A DNA stretch of 32,000 nucleotides from Prochlorococcus sp. MIT 0801. GTDB taxonomy: Bacteria > Cyanobacteriota > Cyanobacteriia > PCC-6307 > Cyanobiaceae. Each line of letters starts with the position of its first letter. The stretch's first letter is position 1. Of this stretch, positions 1 through 9,698 are shown in pieces. The notes under the pieces are model-generated. The model did not search any database. It had not been told where the DNA came from and saw only the letters and a program-made list of their open reading frames with translations. Made by a program: the position numbers and the translations under genes. Location: assembly GCF_000757865.1 (NCBI RefSeq), contig NZ_CP007754.1:210001-242000 (forward strand), written 5' to 3'.

Positions 1-536
1 CCCTTGTATTTATCTACAGCTTCACCATCTATTTCAAGTGCGAGGCTGCAAGTAGGCGAAATCTCATCTGTGCAAGATCGTAAATAAAAATCATTTAGAG
101 CAAAAAATGATTTTTTAATTGTGGTTTCATTGTTGTTACTTTCTTTAAAGACTGTTGCTTCAAGCATCATTCTTTTTTGGATATTAAATCTATTATTTGA
201 AACTCTTTCCCAAAAAGTTTCTTGCTTTAAGATATGACGATCGTGGGTCAAAAAACCTAGATTTCCTCCAACATTAAAACTCAAAATAGGTATGTTTTTC
301 GGGGATAAATATCTTGCGGCCCTTAAAACTGTTCCATCACCTCCCAGAACAATAGTGATCTCTGGCAATACATCAGATGCTAAAAATAATTGATTAATAT
401 TATTGGTTTCTGTGCTTATTTCGGAAAATAAAACTTTTTTCCCATAACCTTCAATTATTTTTTTACAATTTAAGGTTTCTTTGTATGCAGTATCGCTATC
501 TGATCTATATAAGATCCAGATCAGACTTGTTGTCAT
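1..536 (-). CDS. nadK: NAD(+) kinase (NadK/PpnK), N-terminal ~178 codons; 3' end runs off the left window edge
   Basis: Absent from the ORF track because it is open to the window edge. Hand translation of the minus strand from ATG at 536-534 gives [35 protein letters not shown]...[43 protein letters not shown]...[35 protein letters not shown]. This contains the GGDGT and NxGxLGFL motifs of NAD kinases. It starts 9 nt after the ndhE stop. Confidence 0.85.
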   Translation of the reverse strand, partial: [178 protein letters not shown]

Positions 537-545
537 TAAAAATAT

Positions 546-875
546 CTACCATTTGAGTAGATTGAAACTTTCCATGTCAATAGTAACTCTATTTCTATAC
601 AATGAAAGTAGTATCGCTAGTCCAACGGCTGCCTCTGCTGCTGCTACGGTAATAACAAAAATTGAAAATACTTGCCCTCTAATTACTGATCCATCTATAT
701 AGGATGAAAAACTCATAAGATTTATATTCACTGCATTTAACATTAATTCTATGCTCATTAAAACACGAACAGCATTTCGACTATTTATTAATCCCCATAC
801 ACCTGTACAGAAAAGGAATGCAGCAATTATGAGATAAGCCTGAAGAGGGACTGGAACAATAGAATTTTCTAACAT
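546..875 (-). CDS. ndhE: NAD(P)H-quinone oxidoreductase (NDH-1) subunit 4L, NdhE/NuoK
   Basis: 109-aa three-helix membrane protein. It ends in the typical NuoK/NdhE tail ...AAAEAAVGLAILLSLYRNR and lies last in an ndhA-I-G-E string. Confidence 0.9.
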   Translation of the reverse strand: MLENSIVPVPLQAYLIIAAFLFCTGVWGLINSRNAVRVLMSIELMLNAVNINLMSFSSYIDGSVIRGQVFSIFVITVAAAEAAVGLAILLSLYRNRVTIDMESFNLLKW

Positions 876-909
876 ATTTAGTATATAAATGTTATGTATA
901 TAATTAAAT

Positions 910-1512
910 TCATTTTATACTATTTTCGGAAAGAAGAGGAATTTTCTTATCACTTAAGGACTTTTGATTCTTTAAATTATTTATATCAGCTGTTGAAATG
1001 GATACATCTCTTCTTGCTAATACAATTGCTCCAATCATAGCCATTAATAATAGAATCGAAGCAAGTTCAAAAGGTAATAAATAATCTGTAAATAGATGTT
1101 CTCCTATTCTCTCAGTTGCTTCTTCGCCAACAGAGGTTGGACCTGGCAAGTTCCATTTGGTGGTAATGCTAACCCGCAATAATAGAATTAATAATCCACC
1201 ACAAACGCCACCAGATATCAACTTTCTAGTTTTAAGACCTTTAATTGGTTCTAACTTTTCTTTATTATTAACTAACATAATTGCAAATAATATCAAAACA
1301 TTTACAGCTCCTACATATACAAGAATTTGAGCTGCAGCGACAAAACTAGCATTTAGCAAAAGATATAAACCTGCTACAGCCATAAAGACTCCACCTAATA
1401 AAAAGGCTGAGTAAACAATATTTTCTAATAAAACAACCGCCAAACTTCCAGAAACTATTACAGCACTTAGAATTAAAAAGCAAATTAATTCTGTTGAATA
1501 AGCGATATTCAT
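910..1512 (-). CDS. ndhG: NDH-1 subunit 6, NdhG/NuoJ
   Basis: 200-aa polytopic membrane protein with a NuoJ-like N-terminal half ([32 protein letters not shown]...[22 protein letters not shown]). Its ATG overlaps the ndhI TGA as ATGA (1509-1512). Confidence 0.9.
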   Translation of the reverse strand: MNIAYSTELICFLILSAVIVSGSLAVVLLENIVYSAFLLGGVFMAVAGLYLLLNASFVAAAQILVYVGAVNVLILFAIMLVNNKEKLEPIKGLKTRKLISGGVCGGLLILLLRVSITTKWNLPGPTSVGEEATERIGEHLFTDYLLPFELASILLLMAMIGAIVLARRDVSISTADINNLKNQKSLSDKKIPLLSENSIK

Positions 1513-2165
1513 TGGTTAGTAGAATTTAATTTATTTGGAACCATATCCGAATAATTATTATTACCTTCTTCTTGTGATTTCTCTGCTTGCAGTTCTTTTA
1601 TAATCTGACTTGGAAGCTTACCTGCTCTTTGTTGGTTCGCAGGTAATTCATGAGGGTCCATTATGCCCTTTGGCAAATAGGGTAATTCTCTGAGAGGACG
1701 AACTGATGGATCTGAAGTTACGCTTGTTGGTAGTCTTCCAAGAGCAACATTATCGTAGTTAAGGCTATGTCTATCAAATGCAGACAGTTCATATTCTTCT
1801 GTCATTGATAAACAATTTGTAGGGCAATATTCAACGCAATTCCCGCAAAAAATACATGCACCAAAGTCAATAGAATAATTTCTCAATTCTTTTTTCTTGG
1901 TTTCTTTATTCATTACCCAATCAACAACTGGGAGATTGATTGGGCATACCCTTACGCAAACCTCGCAAGCAATGCATTTATCAAATTCATAGTGAATCCT
2001 CCCCCTATAACGCTCAGAGGGAATTAGCTTTTCGTAAGGGTATTGAACCGTAACAGGCCTTCGACGCATGTGGTCGAACGTAACTCCTAGTCCATCAACT
2101 AAATATTTTGCTGCACTAATGGCTTCTTTAGTGTAGTCGGCAACTTTTTCAAGGAAACCAAGCAT
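1509..2165 (-). CDS. ndhI: NDH-1 subunit I (2x[4Fe-4S] ferredoxin-type), NdhI/NuoI
   Basis: Two CxxCxxCxxxCP clusters ([12 protein letters not shown] and [12 protein letters not shown]), the cyanobacterial NdhI N-terminus MLGFLEKV..., and operon context. Confidence 0.93.
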   Translation of the reverse strand: MLGFLEKVADYTKEAISAAKYLVDGLGVTFDHMRRRPVTVQYPYEKLIPSERYRGRIHYEFDKCIACEVCVRVCPINLPVVDWVMNKETKKKELRNYSIDFGACIFCGNCVEYCPTNCLSMTEEYELSAFDRHSLNYDNVALGRLPTSVTSDPSVRPLRELPYLPKGIMDPHELPANQQRAGKLPSQIIKELQAEKSQEEGNNNYSDMVPNKLNSTNQ

Positions 2166-2203
2166 ATTAAATTAGATGCCGGCGGTCTTTATTTACACTA
2201 ACC

Positions 2204-2209
2204 ATTATA
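2204..2209 (-). promoter_or_regulatory. Candidate internal -10 box (TATAAT on the minus strand) upstream of ndhI
   Basis: The minus strand reads GCTGTATAATGGT in the 108-nt ndhA-ndhI spacer. The hexamer ends 38 nt upstream of the ndhI ATG. Chance occurrence in AT-rich DNA is likely. Confidence 0.25.
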
Positions 2210-2273
2210 CAGCTTTTTTCAATTAAATGTAGGTACTTTTACTTAAAAAGCTAGCTATTGTGTTGTTTTTCTT

Positions 2274-3392
2274 TTATCCGCCAAATGTCATCGGAAATGC
2301 CAATTTAAGTGAAGCAGTTGCAAGTAAATTGACCAAAGAAATAGGTAAAAGAAACTTCCAGCCTAAATCGAGTAGTTGATCAATACGAACTCTTGGAGTA
2401 GTCCATCTCAATAAGATTGCTAAAAACACCAGTAAATAAGCCTTAAGGATTGTCATTACAATTCCAAGAGACGCAGCAAAAATTTGAACTAATGGATTAT
2501 CAATTGAAAGACCTATTAATGATGAAAACCAATCAATTGAGATTGGGAAACCCCATCCTCCCAAGTACAGAACAGAAACAAGTAAAGCAGATAAAACAAG
2601 ATTTATGTATCCAGCTAAGTAAAACAGAGCAAATTTCATACCTGAATACTCAGTTTGATAACCAGCTACAAGCTCTTCTTCTGCCTCTGGTAAATCAAAA
2701 GGTAGTCTCTCGCATTCAGCTAATGCACAGATCCAAAAAATAATAAAACCTACAGGTTGTCGCCATATATTCCAGCTAAGTAAGCCAGCAGTATTTTGTT
2801 GCTCAACTATGTCAACTGTGCTTAGTGAATTGCTCATCATAACTATTGCCAAAACCGCTAGTGCTAGCGGAATTTCATAACTAATTGATTGAGCTGCAGC
2901 TCTTAGTCCACCTAATAATGAATATTTATTATTGGAAGAGTAGCCACTCATCAGTAAACCAATTGGTTGAATGCTACTTAGGGCAATCCACAAAAAGATT
3001 CCTATACCTACATTGCTAATTAAAAGATTTTGACCAAAAGGAACAATTAGCCAAGAAAGAATAACCGGCACTAAAACTAATATTGGACCGACTGTAAAAA
3101 GAACATTGTCAGCCCTTGCCGGAATAATGTCTTCTTTTACTAGGAGTTTCAAACCGTCTGCCATTGGCTGAAGAATACCAAGTGCACCGGCATATTCAGG
3201 CCCAATTCTCTGTTGAGCTGCAGCAGAAATTTTTCGTTCAAGCCAAACTGTTACTAATACACCAATGACAGCTGATACCAATACTAAAAGCATTGGAAGA
3301 GGGATCCATAAAAGATGTGCTAATTCATGAGATAAACCAAGGTTTTGAACACCTTGAGTAAAACTCATTTCAAGGTCTATACCTGAATCCAC
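2274..3392 (-). CDS. ndhA: NDH-1 subunit 1, NdhA/NuoH
   Basis: 372-aa polytopic protein with NuoH signatures ([32 protein letters not shown]; [35 protein letters not shown]). Confidence 0.93.
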   Translation of the reverse strand: MDSGIDLEMSFTQGVQNLGLSHELAHLLWIPLPMLLVLVSAVIGVLVTVWLERKISAAAQQRIGPEYAGALGILQPMADGLKLLVKEDIIPARADNVLFTVGPILVLVPVILSWLIVPFGQNLLISNVGIGIFLWIALSSIQPIGLLMSGYSSNNKYSLLGGLRAAAQSISYEIPLALAVLAIVMMSNSLSTVDIVEQQNTAGLLSWNIWRQPVGFIIFWICALAECERLPFDLPEAEEELVAGYQTEYSGMKFALFYLAGYINLVLSALLVSVLYLGGWGFPISIDWFSSLIGLSIDNPLVQIFAASLGIVMTILKAYLLVFLAILLRWTTPRVRIDQLLDLGWKFLLPISLVNLLATASLKLAFPMTFGG

Positions 3393-3467
3393 TTCTTATT
3401 TATATTCTGTTACCAAGGTTAGTGTAATTTTGATTGAATTTTAAATTCGAAAAATATAAATTTTAAA

Positions 3468-4595
3468 TTATCTGCTTTCAAGAGGCTTCCAATTTCTCAT
3501 TTTTGCTCCTTCATAAATTTGTGATGGCCTGAAAATTCTATTTGCTCCAAGTTGTTCTCTCCAGTGAGCCAACCAACCAGCAACTCTGGAAATAGCAAAA
3601 ACTGGTGTAAACAAATCTCGAGGAATGCCAAGCTTTCGATAAACAAGTCCGGAATAAAAGTCAACATTTGGGAATATACCTTTTGGCCCCAGCTTGGAAA
3701 TAGCCTCTTCTTCAAGTGCTTTGGCTACTTCATACATTTCATCTTTACCAAATTCCGAGAAAAGTTCTTCTGCGAAGGCTTGTAAAATTGTTGCTCTAGG
3801 GTCTTTGACACGATACTCCCTGTGCCCAAAGCCCATGATTTTCCTTTTTTTTGCAATTGCATCATTGAGAAATGAAGAAGCTTCATCAGGTTTTCCAATT
3901 TCTTCTAGCATCGCAATAACATCTTCATTGGCCCCTCCATGAAGAGGACCGGCCAATGTTCCAACCGCAGAAGCGACGACAGCATAAGGATCAGTAAGCG
4001 TGCTTGCAGTTACTCTTGCGCTAAAAGTACTTGCATTGAGACTGTGCTCGGCATGAAGAATTAAACATCTGTCGAAAACTCTTGCTGCAATAGGATTTGG
4101 CTCCCTCTCGGTGAGCATGTAAAGGAAATTGGAAGAATACGGTAAATCATCTTGAGGTTGAATTGGATCGTCTCCTTTTCTTATTTGCTCGAAAGCAGCA
4201 ACCATGGTTGGAATTTTTGCAATCAACCTCACTACTGCGTCGTAGATATATTTTGGGTCATCAATTGCTCTTCGAGAATAAAAGAGCCCCAGAGATGCAG
4301 CACTTGCTTGAAGAGCATCCATAGGATGCCCAGACTCTGGAAAACACTTGAGCATATCTCTAATCCTAAAGCTGACTCGTCTATGCATTTGAACGTCCTT
4401 TTCAAATTTCTCAAGCTCATTTTCAGTAGGAAGTTCTCCCCAAATCAAAAGAAATGCAGTTTCTAAAAAACTACTTTTTTGGGCTAGCTCAGATATTGGA
4501 TAACCTCTGTAACTAAGCTTTCCATCTGTCCCATTGATTTCACATATCCTTGAGTTGGTTACTGGAACCCCTTCCAAACCTGGCTTTAGAACCAA
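3468..4595 (-). CDS. gltA: Citrate synthase
   Basis: Citrate synthase signature MGFGHREYRVKDPR plus GPLHGGANE. There is no in-frame ATG near the N-terminus. The only canonical start upstream of the conserved KPGLEGV block is TTG at 4595-4593, and an in-frame TAA lies ~30 codons further up. Confidence 0.9.
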   Translation of the reverse strand: MVLKPGLEGVPVTNSRICEINGTDGKLSYRGYPISELAQKSSFLETAFLLIWGELPTENELEKFEKDVQMHRRVSFRIRDMLKCFPESGHPMDALQASAASLGLFYSRRAIDDPKYIYDAVVRLIAKIPTMVAAFEQIRKGDDPIQPQDDLPYSSNFLYMLTEREPNPIAARVFDRCLILHAEHSLNASTFSARVTASTLTDPYAVVASAVGTLAGPLHGGANEDVIAMLEEIGKPDEASSFLNDAIAKKRKIMGFGHREYRVKDPRATILQAFAEELFSEFGKDEMYEVAKALEEEAISKLGPKGIFPNVDFYSGLVYRKLGIPRDLFTPVFAISRVAGWLAHWREQLGANRIFRPSQIYEGAKMRNWKPLESR

Positions 4596-4731
4596 ATTAG
4601 TTGTCTTTTTTTCGTTATCTATGGCTTTAGCTCCTGCAAAACAATTTTTCTGTTCAATTGAAAAATTTTCAACTTGAACTGTATTTTATAGAATTAAACT
4701 ATGATTTTAATATAGCACTTTAAACTTTTTA

Positions 4732-6318
4732 TTAACTTGTTTTTAAGTTGATTTTAACTTTAATGAAGTCTGGATAATTAATTGTAGGGACTGCAATAGA
4801 TATATCAATATTCTGAGGGGTGGTTAGTGTATTTCCTAACATAGTTTTAAGTAAGATATATGGATAGAAACTATTTAAAATTGCCTTAGTTTTTTTTTCC
4901 CCTAAATGTATTCTCAGTACATCATTAAAATCATTAACTTCTTCTATCTTCTTTTCATTATCTGAATAATTCTGTAGGTAAGCTGTATTATCAAAATTTG
5001 AAATAGAAGATAAGTTTTGACTCCAAATGTAAGTCTTGTCATCTTCTTCGACAATTGCCTCAATGTTCTCTTTTAGCTCATATTTTTTATTTTCATTTGT
5101 ACTTATTTTTGACCAAATTTCTAGCTTTCTGCTTCTAAAATCTAGACTTGAATTCAAAAAGTTTTCTTTTTTTAGTATATCATTTATCTCTGCCTTGCTC
5201 GTATCAGATTTCCTAGTTAAAACTAACCAGTCTTTATCATTTATCCAAATCAAATTTCCTTGAGAGTTTTCAAGAATTATTTTAAAGAGCTTAGAATAAT
5301 CTGAGGTTGTTGATTCTTTAATAAGAGATGCTATGAGCTTTTGATATGGATGGAAAGAATCTTTCTGGAAATATTGCTTGGGGTTGTCAACCAATATGAA
5401 ATCTTCAGGCAATTCAGATTCTTTTTTTATATCAATTAAATTATAATTAATATCTTTAACTGGCATTTTAGTCTGAACATTATAAGCTAATATCCCTTCT
5501 ATATTTAATTTATTTTTATCTACATTTACAGAAGATAGTAAATTATCTACATTATTTATATTCAATAAATCTTCTTCTTGACCAATAAGATTTAAAATCT
5601 TTTTTGGAGACATTTCTAATAATAACAATCCGTCTTTAAGATTATCCTTTAATTGAATATTCTTATACATTTTTTTTGTATTTATTATATTGCTATCTAA
5701 TTTTTCTATTGAAGATTGTATGATATTAGGATTGGATGATATTAAAAGATTATCTTCATCATTTGCAAAGTAGATTGAGTTGTTTAAATTAATTTGTTTT
5801 GAAATTATTTCTGTTTTTGAGGTGCTGATTTTATTGCTTTGATTAGTACTCTCATCAACAACTTTTGATTCTAAAATAGATTCTAATTCTTGTTTAATAT
5901 TTACATCTTCTTTTATTGCTAAGACCATCAACCAATCATTTATAGTTTTTTTGTTTGAATCAAATACTGCAAAGCTCCCATAATCTCCTACCCATTTTGA
6001 GATGTCTTTTGCAAAATTAAAGCCAATTAATTGAAAAGAGGAATCTCTGATAAAACTTACTTTTTTGTTTATGGCGTGTTTACTAACTTTATCTTGATAA
6101 TTTTCGATGTACTTTGGAATTAAGCCTGGATTCAGTTTCCAGTGGAATACGAGATCAGTATTCTTTGGTATATATTTTGAGGAAACCGGAGCATTGAATG
6201 ATTCTTCATTGAACTTAGGGATTTGCGTAAGATGCTTATTGCGCCAGATAAATATCCCAGTCAAAATTGATAAAATTACTATTGCAGATATTAAAAAATA
6301 AGATTGAAGTGATTTCAT
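4732..6318 (-). CDS. Membrane-anchored protein of unknown function, 528 aa, N/K/I/S-rich. Possibly the cyanobacterial DUF3352-type family; this is from memory and unverified.
   Basis: Long uninterrupted ORF with one N-terminal hydrophobic helix (YFLISAIVILSILTGIFIW) followed by a large hydrophilic domain. I recognise no catalytic motif. It is the most AT-rich coding stretch in the window. Confidence 0.6.
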   Translation of the reverse strand: MKSLQSYFLISAIVILSILTGIFIWRNKHLTQIPKFNEESFNAPVSSKYIPKNTDLVFHWKLNPGLIPKYIENYQDKVSKHAINKKVSFIRDSSFQLIGFNFAKDISKWVGDYGSFAVFDSNKKTINDWLMVLAIKEDVNIKQELESILESKVVDESTNQSNKISTSKTEIISKQINLNNSIYFANDEDNLLISSNPNIIQSSIEKLDSNIINTKKMYKNIQLKDNLKDGLLLLEMSPKKILNLIGQEEDLLNINNVDNLLSSVNVDKNKLNIEGILAYNVQTKMPVKDINYNLIDIKKESELPEDFILVDNPKQYFQKDSFHPYQKLIASLIKESTTSDYSKLFKIILENSQGNLIWINDKDWLVLTRKSDTSKAEINDILKKENFLNSSLDFRSRKLEIWSKISTNENKKYELKENIEAIVEEDDKTYIWSQNLSSISNFDNTAYLQNYSDNEKKIEEVNDFNDVLRIHLGEKKTKAILNSFYPYILLKTMLGNTLTTPQNIDISIAVPTINYPDFIKVKINLKTS

Positions 6319-6394
6319 TTGTCATTATTTGAGCGTTTGTATCCTTTTTGAGCTTTGATAATAGAAAGTTTAATCTTTACTTAGAATCACAAAT

Positions 6395-6751
6395 ATGAAC
6401 CAGAATATTCCTTTAAATATATCTCCAAAAGAGTTAAATAAAATTTTAGAAGATGATTCTTCTGAAAAACCATTTATTGTAGATGTGAGGGAGGATAATG
6501 AAATTGCTATTGCCTCATTTTCATTCTCAGTATTACATCTACCTTTGAGCAAGGCTGCAAACTGGTCAGACAAAATAGGTGAACTGTTGCCGAAGGATCA
6601 GCCTGTTGTCGTTATTTGCCATGCGGGTGTGAGAAGTCTGAATTTTGGTATTTGGCTTCTAGAACAAGGAATAGCTAAAAGTGTTTGGAATCTTGTCGGA
6701 GGAATAGATGCTTGGAGCACAGATGTTGATCAATCTGTTCCAAGGTATTAA
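6395..6751 (+). CDS. Single-domain rhodanese-like sulfurtransferase
   Basis: 118 aa with the rhodanese active-site loop CHAGVRS (VVVICHAGVRSLNFGIWL) and the C-terminal GGIDAW motif. Confidence 0.8.
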   Translation: MNQNIPLNISPKELNKILEDDSSEKPFIVDVREDNEIAIASFSFSVLHLPLSKAANWSDKIGELLPKDQPVVVICHAGVRSLNFGIWLLEQGIAKSVWNLVGGIDAWSTDVDQSVPRY

Positions 6752-6763
6752 TAAGCTGTTATT

Positions 6764-8017
6764 TTATATTTCTGATCCTAGTTTTTCAGCAACTGTATTC
6801 ACGTCTTTATCCCCTCTGCCAGAGCAGTTAATGACAATTTCAGAATTATGATTGAGAGTTGGGCAAAGTTTTTCTAGATAGGCAAATGCATGAGCAGTTT
6901 CTAGAGCAGGAATAATACCTTCCAATTTACTAACTAATTGCAGCGCTTCTATGGCTTCAGTGTCAGTAACAGCAGCATATTCAGCACGTCCAATTTCTTT
7001 TAAGTAACTATGCTCCGGCCCAACCCCTGGATAATCAAGACCTGCGCTAATGGAATGAGCCTCCTCAACTTGCCCATCTTTGTCTTGTAGTAAGAGACTC
7101 ATCGCGCCGTGGAGCACTCCTATTCTTCCTTCAGTAATTGTCGCTGCATGGCGACCTGTTTCGACTCCATCTCCCGCAGCTTCAACTCCAATCATTCTCA
7201 CACTTTTGTCTTCAACAAAAGAATGGAAAAGACCCATCGCATTCGATCCCCCACCAACACAAGCAAGAAGAACATCGGGAGACCGCCCAAAAGCTTGTTT
7301 ACATTGTTGCTTTGTTTCTTCTCCAATAACTGCGTGAAAATCTCTGACCAACATTGGATATGGATGTGGGCCTGCAACTGAACCGAGAATATAATGAGTC
7401 GTTTCAACATTAGTAACCCAATCCCGAATAGCTTCGCTGGTTGCATCTTTGAGTGTTGCTGTTCCACTTGTTACTGGCCTCACTGAGGCTCCAAGCAATT
7501 GCATTCGGAATACGTTTAAGGCTTGTCTTCTCATATCTTCTTTGCCCATATAGATAATGCACTCCAATCCAAAACGAGCGCAGACTGTCGCAGTTGCAAC
7601 TCCATGCTGACCAGCTCCAGTTTCAGCAATAATTCTTTTTTTCCCCATCCGAATCGCAAGAAGAGCTTGCCCAAGTGCATTATTTATTTTGTGTGCGCCT
7701 GTGTGATTTAAATCTTCTCTTTTAAGCCAAATCCTTGGACCTTTTAATGTATTTTTTCTGTAATGTTCAGTTAGTCTTGTGGCTTCATAAAGAGGAGTTG
7801 ATCTTCCTACGTATGTTTTTAGTAAATGATTTAGTTCTGAATTGAATGAAGAATCTTTCCATGCTTCTTTAGCAGCTTGCTCTAATTCAATAAGAGCAGG
7901 TATTAAAGTTTCAGGAACATATTGCCCCCCATACTTACCAAATCGACCAAGAGCATTTGGCCTTGTTAAAGGAGATAAATCCGAATCTTTAAATTGTGTT
8001 GGGAGTGTACCTGTCAC
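6764..8017 (-). CDS. trpB: Tryptophan synthase beta chain
   Basis: PLP-lysine motif [11 protein letters not shown], plus GGGSNAMG and [11 protein letters not shown]. Starts at GTG (8017-8015). Confidence 0.95.
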   Translation of the reverse strand: MTGTLPTQFKDSDLSPLTRPNALGRFGKYGGQYVPETLIPALIELEQAAKEAWKDSSFNSELNHLLKTYVGRSTPLYEATRLTEHYRKNTLKGPRIWLKREDLNHTGAHKINNALGQALLAIRMGKKRIIAETGAGQHGVATATVCARFGLECIIYMGKEDMRRQALNVFRMQLLGASVRPVTSGTATLKDATSEAIRDWVTNVETTHYILGSVAGPHPYPMLVRDFHAVIGEETKQQCKQAFGRSPDVLLACVGGGSNAMGLFHSFVEDKSVRMIGVEAAGDGVETGRHAATITEGRIGVLHGAMSLLLQDKDGQVEEAHSISAGLDYPGVGPEHSYLKEIGRAEYAAVTDTEAIEALQLVSKLEGIIPALETAHAFAYLEKLCPTLNHNSEIVINCSGRGDKDVNTVAEKLGSEI

Positions 8018-8056
8018 CTTAGATTAAGAAAATAATTACCAGCCAAAAAGCAAAAA

Positions 8057-8380
8057 ATGTCCAAAGGTGGCTGGAGTGAGTTTAATGACCCTCTTAAGAC
8101 AATAGGGAGTAACACTCAAAATAGTGTTACTCCTAAAGGAAAGCGACAAGTTCGTTTAGAAAGAACTCGATCTGGAAAAAAAGGAAAACTTGTTACTGTC
8201 ATCAAAGGACTTGAATTAGAGCAAGTAGAGGCAAAAAAAATTCTTAAGAATTTAAAAATAGCTTGCGGAACAGGTGGGGCTGTTAAAGGTGATTTTTTAG
8301 AGTTACAAGGAGATCAAATATCAAAAGCTCAGAATTTTCTTTTAAAGGAGGGTTTTAGGCCAAAACAAAGTGGAGGTTAA
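8057..8380 (+). CDS. SUI1/YciH-family translation initiation factor-like protein
   Basis: 107 aa with the SUI1 core: RSGKKGKLVTVIKGL...LKIACGTGGAVKGDFLELQGD. Confidence 0.85.
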   Translation: MSKGGWSEFNDPLKTIGSNTQNSVTPKGKRQVRLERTRSGKKGKLVTVIKGLELEQVEAKKILKNLKIACGTGGAVKGDFLELQGDQISKAQNFLLKEGFRPKQSGG

Positions 8381-8432
8381 CAATAAACTGTGTCGATCAA
8401 CATGGAGAATAGTAAACAATTAGTCTGCATTC

Positions 8433-9083
8433 ATGGAACAAAACTCTCAAAGTCCTCTATCAAAAGCCACCAATATAGTTTGGCACCAATCTTCAGTTGA
8501 TAGAGAAGCTAGATCTCAGCAAAGAGGACATCGCAGCGCAATACTTTGGTTTACAGGTCTATCTGGTTCTGGAAAAAGCACACTAGCCAATGCAGTAAAT
8601 GTAGCTCTACACAAAGATGGTTATTCAACTTATGTTTTAGATGGTGACAACATCAGACATGGTTTATGCAAAGACTTGGGATTTTCTGATCTTGATAGGG
8701 AAGAAAATATCAGAAGAATTGGCGAAGTCTCTAAACTATTTCTTGACGCTGGAATCATTGTTTTAACTGCATTCGTATCTCCATTTAGAGTCGATCGCGA
8801 TAATGCAAGATCTTTAGTTGGAGAGAATGATTTTATAGAAATATATTGTTCAGCTGATCTAGGGGTTTGTGAAACAAGAGATACAAAAGGGCTTTATGCC
8901 AAGGCAAGAAACGGAGACATCAAAGATTTTACTGGAATCTCAAGTCCTTATGAAGAACCTCAGTCTCCAGAATTGAAAATTGATACTGGAAATCTAGAGA
9001 TTGATCAATGTGTAGATATAGTTATTAATTTGCTTGTTGAAAGAAAGATTATTTCAAAAATTTCTAAGTTAATGGAAAATTAA
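8433..9083 (+). CDS. cysC: Adenylylsulfate (APS) kinase
   Basis: P-loop [21 protein letters not shown] and ENIRRIGEV motifs typical of CysC. Confidence 0.92.
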   Translation: MEQNSQSPLSKATNIVWHQSSVDREARSQQRGHRSAILWFTGLSGSGKSTLANAVNVALHKDGYSTYVLDGDNIRHGLCKDLGFSDLDREENIRRIGEVSKLFLDAGIIVLTAFVSPFRVDRDNARSLVGENDFIEIYCSADLGVCETRDTKGLYAKARNGDIKDFTGISSPYEEPQSPELKIDTGNLEIDQCVDIVINLLVERKIISKISKLMEN

Positions 9084-9620
9084 TTACATTTTTTCTAGAT
9101 AAGTTATAGCTCCAATCTCTTTAAGTGTGTGATCTTTTTTAACGACAAGGTCGTGCAGCTCACATCTGTAGGCGTTTAATTTATTCTTTAATTCAGTATT
9201 GTTGATGGCTAAAATTTGAGTAGCTAAAAGGCCAGCATTTAGGCCCCCTTCTATGGCAACTGTTGCTACGGGGATGCCTGAGGGCATTTGCAAGATTGAA
9301 TACATTGAATCTATCCCTGATAGTGCCTTGCTCTTGACGGGAACGCCTATGACAGGAAGAGTTGTAAGAGATGCGATCATTCCTGGTAGATGAGCAGCCC
9401 CGCCAGCCCCAGCAATTATCACTCCAAAACCATTTGATTCTGCCATTTGAGCAAAATCCATCATTTCTTTTGGAGTCCTATGAGCAGACAGAATCCTTAC
9501 TTCATTAGATATGCCAAATTGATCTAGAATTGCCACCGCAGGCTTAAGAGTTTTAAGATCTGAATCACTACCCATTACTACAGCTACTTGCTTAAATGTA
9601 TTAGCTTCAGTTAAAGACAA
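9084..9620 (-). CDS. purE: N5-carboxyaminoimidazole ribonucleotide mutase
   Basis: VAVVMGSDSDL, SAHRTP and GAGGAAHLPGM motifs. The start must lie upstream of the conserved MGSxSD block, and TTG at 9620 is the only candidate. Confidence 0.92.
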   Translation of the reverse strand: MSLTEANTFKQVAVVMGSDSDLKTLKPAVAILDQFGISNEVRILSAHRTPKEMMDFAQMAESNGFGVIIAGAGGAAHLPGMIASLTTLPVIGVPVKSKALSGIDSMYSILQMPSGIPVATVAIEGGLNAGLLATQILAINNTELKNKLNAYRCELHDLVVKKDHTLKEIGAITYLEKM

Positions 9621-9645
9621 TTGTCAATTCTATAAATCTCATTTT

Positions 9646-9651
9646 TATAAT
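9646..9651 (+). promoter_or_regulatory. Candidate -10 box (TATAAT) for nagA
   Basis: Perfect TATAAT 47 nt upstream of the nagA ATG in the purE/nagA divergent spacer. TTGTCA lies 19 nt further upstream (9621-9626). Such hexamers are common by chance in AT-rich DNA. Confidence 0.25.
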
Positions 9652-9698
9652 GCCAATTATTTAAGAATTCTGCATTAATTATTTTTAGTTTTTAAGAA

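Noticed and set aside
481-702. 73-aa plus-strand ORF spanning the nadK start and ndhE
   Set aside because: It is antisense to two supported genes (nadK N-terminus and ndhE C-terminus) and is a shadow ORF. The same reasoning applies to the other short antisense ORFs in the track: 2450-2743, 3497-3942, 4152-4466, 5036-5263, 6107-6301, 6370-6573, 10025-10357, 11718-11954, 12504-12722, 13786-13995, 15185-15490, 16239-16799, 17723-17935, 19774-19977, 24717-24929, 25085-25273 and 28799-28996.
7080-7711. Cluster of short ORFs (62-90 aa) on both strands inside trpB
   Set aside because: trpB is somewhat more GC-rich than its surroundings, which suppresses stop codons in alternative frames. All of these ORFs are nested in a gene with unambiguous PLP-enzyme motifs.
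9627-9632. TAGAAT on the minus strand immediately upstream of the purE TTG start (possible leaderless purE)
   Set aside because: It would place the transcription start on a TTG codon, and leaderless initiation generally needs AUG. A chance -10-like hexamer in AT-rich spacer DNA is more likely.
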